Shown here one piece after another: positions 62,281 to 64,000 of a stretch of 64,000 nucleotides of DNA. A model generated the notes under the pieces. The model was not told the origin of the DNA. It was given only the letters and a program-made list of their open reading frames with translations, and did not search any database. Numbering within the stretch: the stretch's first letter is position 1; each line of letters opens with the position of its first letter. The stretch is from Narcine bancroftii (lineage: Eukaryota). The DNA lies in contig NC_091476.1 in NCBI RefSeq assembly GCF_036971445.1, positions 149,420,001 to 149,484,000 on the forward strand, read 5' to 3'. The position numbers were made by a program, and so were the translations under genes.

Positions 62281-62974
62281 AGTGGGAAAGAATTCAGTTC
62301 AGTTGTGATGCCCTCCACAATCTGATTGATAGCTGACTAAGGTCACCAAATAAGTTATGGAGATAAACTACTGCTGAAACTTGCAACAGAAAATGATCAA
62401 GGTTTTTAGAAGAGGGGGGATGGGGAGGCTTTGTCCCAACTCACACTAACTCCCATGAGCCCCTAAACTTGTTCTGTGTGGATTACAGGTGACTGATGCC
62501 ATGGCTTTAAAATTTACACTGCACCTTTTAAACCCCTCTACTATCCCTCTATCTCTCTCTCTCTCCCTCCCACCCTCCCCATTGCTGATCTTGACATCCC
62601 TCCAGTATTTGAATCCTGGTGTGATCCTGCCATCGGGAACTGTACTAGAATCTGAAATCCCCTCAAATTCTCACCCTCATTAGCATGTTTTTCGAAGCCC
62701 ACTGTTTGGACCTAATTTGTGATCACCTGACACCACATCTATTTTAACAACTCAGTTAATGGTGTCCATTTATACTGCTGAGATTCATCTTAAGGCACTT
62801 TCACAAGGACAGAAGCAAATAGTAACAGGAGAAGGCCAATGACCTCCTGCATCAGATCCACCTCAAATAGGGGGATTAGACCTCAAATCTTCCTCTTTCA
62901 AAAATGTATCTCTCTTTCCCCCACTCCCCCTTTAAATCCCTCCAGTGATCTAACCTCCATAACTTGCCACAGTG

Positions 62975-63715
62975 GAGATTCAAAGTTCAAAATTATTGTC
63001 AGAGTAAATACATGACATCACATAAAACCCTGAAATTCTTTTTCCTGTGGGCCAGGCAGAATCTCTACTTAATCGTATCTGTAACTGTACTCAGGCAAAA
63101 AAAAAAGAGAAATGTAAACAAACTACCAGTGCAATACAGAAAAAAAAATTCAGTAATAAATAATGTGAAAAGAAAAAGTCCTTAAATGAGTCTCTGAATT
63201 TGTTGTTGAGGAGTCTGATGGTGGAGAGGTAGCAGCTGTTCCTCAACCTGGTGGTGTGAGTCCTGTGGCACTGATAACTCTTTCCTGATGGTAGCAGTGA
63301 GAACAGAGTGGATGCTGGGTGGTGTTGATCCTTGAAGATTACTACTGCTCTCTGACTGCAGTGTTCCCTGTAGTGGGGAGGGTTTTGCCTGTGATGTCCT
63401 GGGCTTTACACTCAGGGTTATTGGTGTCCCCATTCCAGACCATAATGCAGCTGGTCAGCACACTTTCCACGACACACCTGTAGAAGTTTGTCAAGGTTTC
63501 TGATGACATATGGAATCTCTACAGTCCTGAGGAAGTAGAGGCACTGAAGTGCTTGCTTCACGATGACATTAGTATGAAAGATCCAAGAAAGGACTTCCGA
63601 GGTAGTGACTCACAGGAATTTAAATTTGCTCAGCCTCACCACCTCTCATATTCCAATGATCAGGGCATTGTATACCTCTGGTTTTCCCAAATTCTTGGTC
63701 TTGGTGACATTGAGC
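62975..63715 (-). mobile_element. Rex1/Babar LINE fragment
   Basis: Reverse complement encodes ...LPSGK..RLRNSCYP-type C-terminus and an upstream LYFLR.L..F motif. Confidence 0.55.
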
Positions 63716-64000
63716 GAGAGATGATGAGAGATTCACCATTTTCAACAGGAGGAAAGTCCTATACATCACAGTTAGACATCATCATTTTAAATAACCATCC
63801 CTTTATCTTGTATATGGGTCCTTTCATTAAAATTATTCCCATTAGCAGAAATATCTCAAAGTCTATCCCATCATACCTCCTTAGGATTTCACATGTTGCA
63901 ATAAGATGACCCCTATAAACTCCAAGGAATTCTGCAGTTATGACTGCACAATTTTCCCATCCCACAAATTAGCCAAACAAGTCTGTTCTGGATCAAGTCC

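Overview
A vertebrate genomic window, probably from a cartilaginous fish (ray or shark). This is inferred from the repeat mix of V-SINEs, Penelope-like termini, CR1/L2, Rex1/Babar and RTE. The left end holds the 5' part of PUM1 on the minus strand: a GC-rich promoter and exon 1 near 4.3-4.4 kb, and the first coding exon at 1774-2232. About 36 kb and 55 kb upstream, pointing away from PUM1, are two intact intronless RhoB-like GTPase genes (40562-41146 and 59432-60016). The rest is repeat-dense intergenic DNA: a decayed near-full-length Gypsy LTR element, solo LTRs with perfect 5-bp TSDs, young RTE LINE 3' fragments, hAT MITEs, a 5S rRNA-derived element and local duplications. The most interesting system is the Rho pair. 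Its position mirrors the human PUM2-RHOB arrangement but next to PUM1, so it may be an ohnolog lineage absent at human PUM1. Both copies lack the C3-toxin target Asn41 and the redox Cys20. They share a near-identical GTPase core but have different CAAX boxes (CTMM, predicted farnesyl; CILL, predicted geranylgeranyl), which suggests RhoB's dual prenylation has been split between two genes. Repeat boundaries are approximate, and comparisons with known proteins are from memory, not from a database search.
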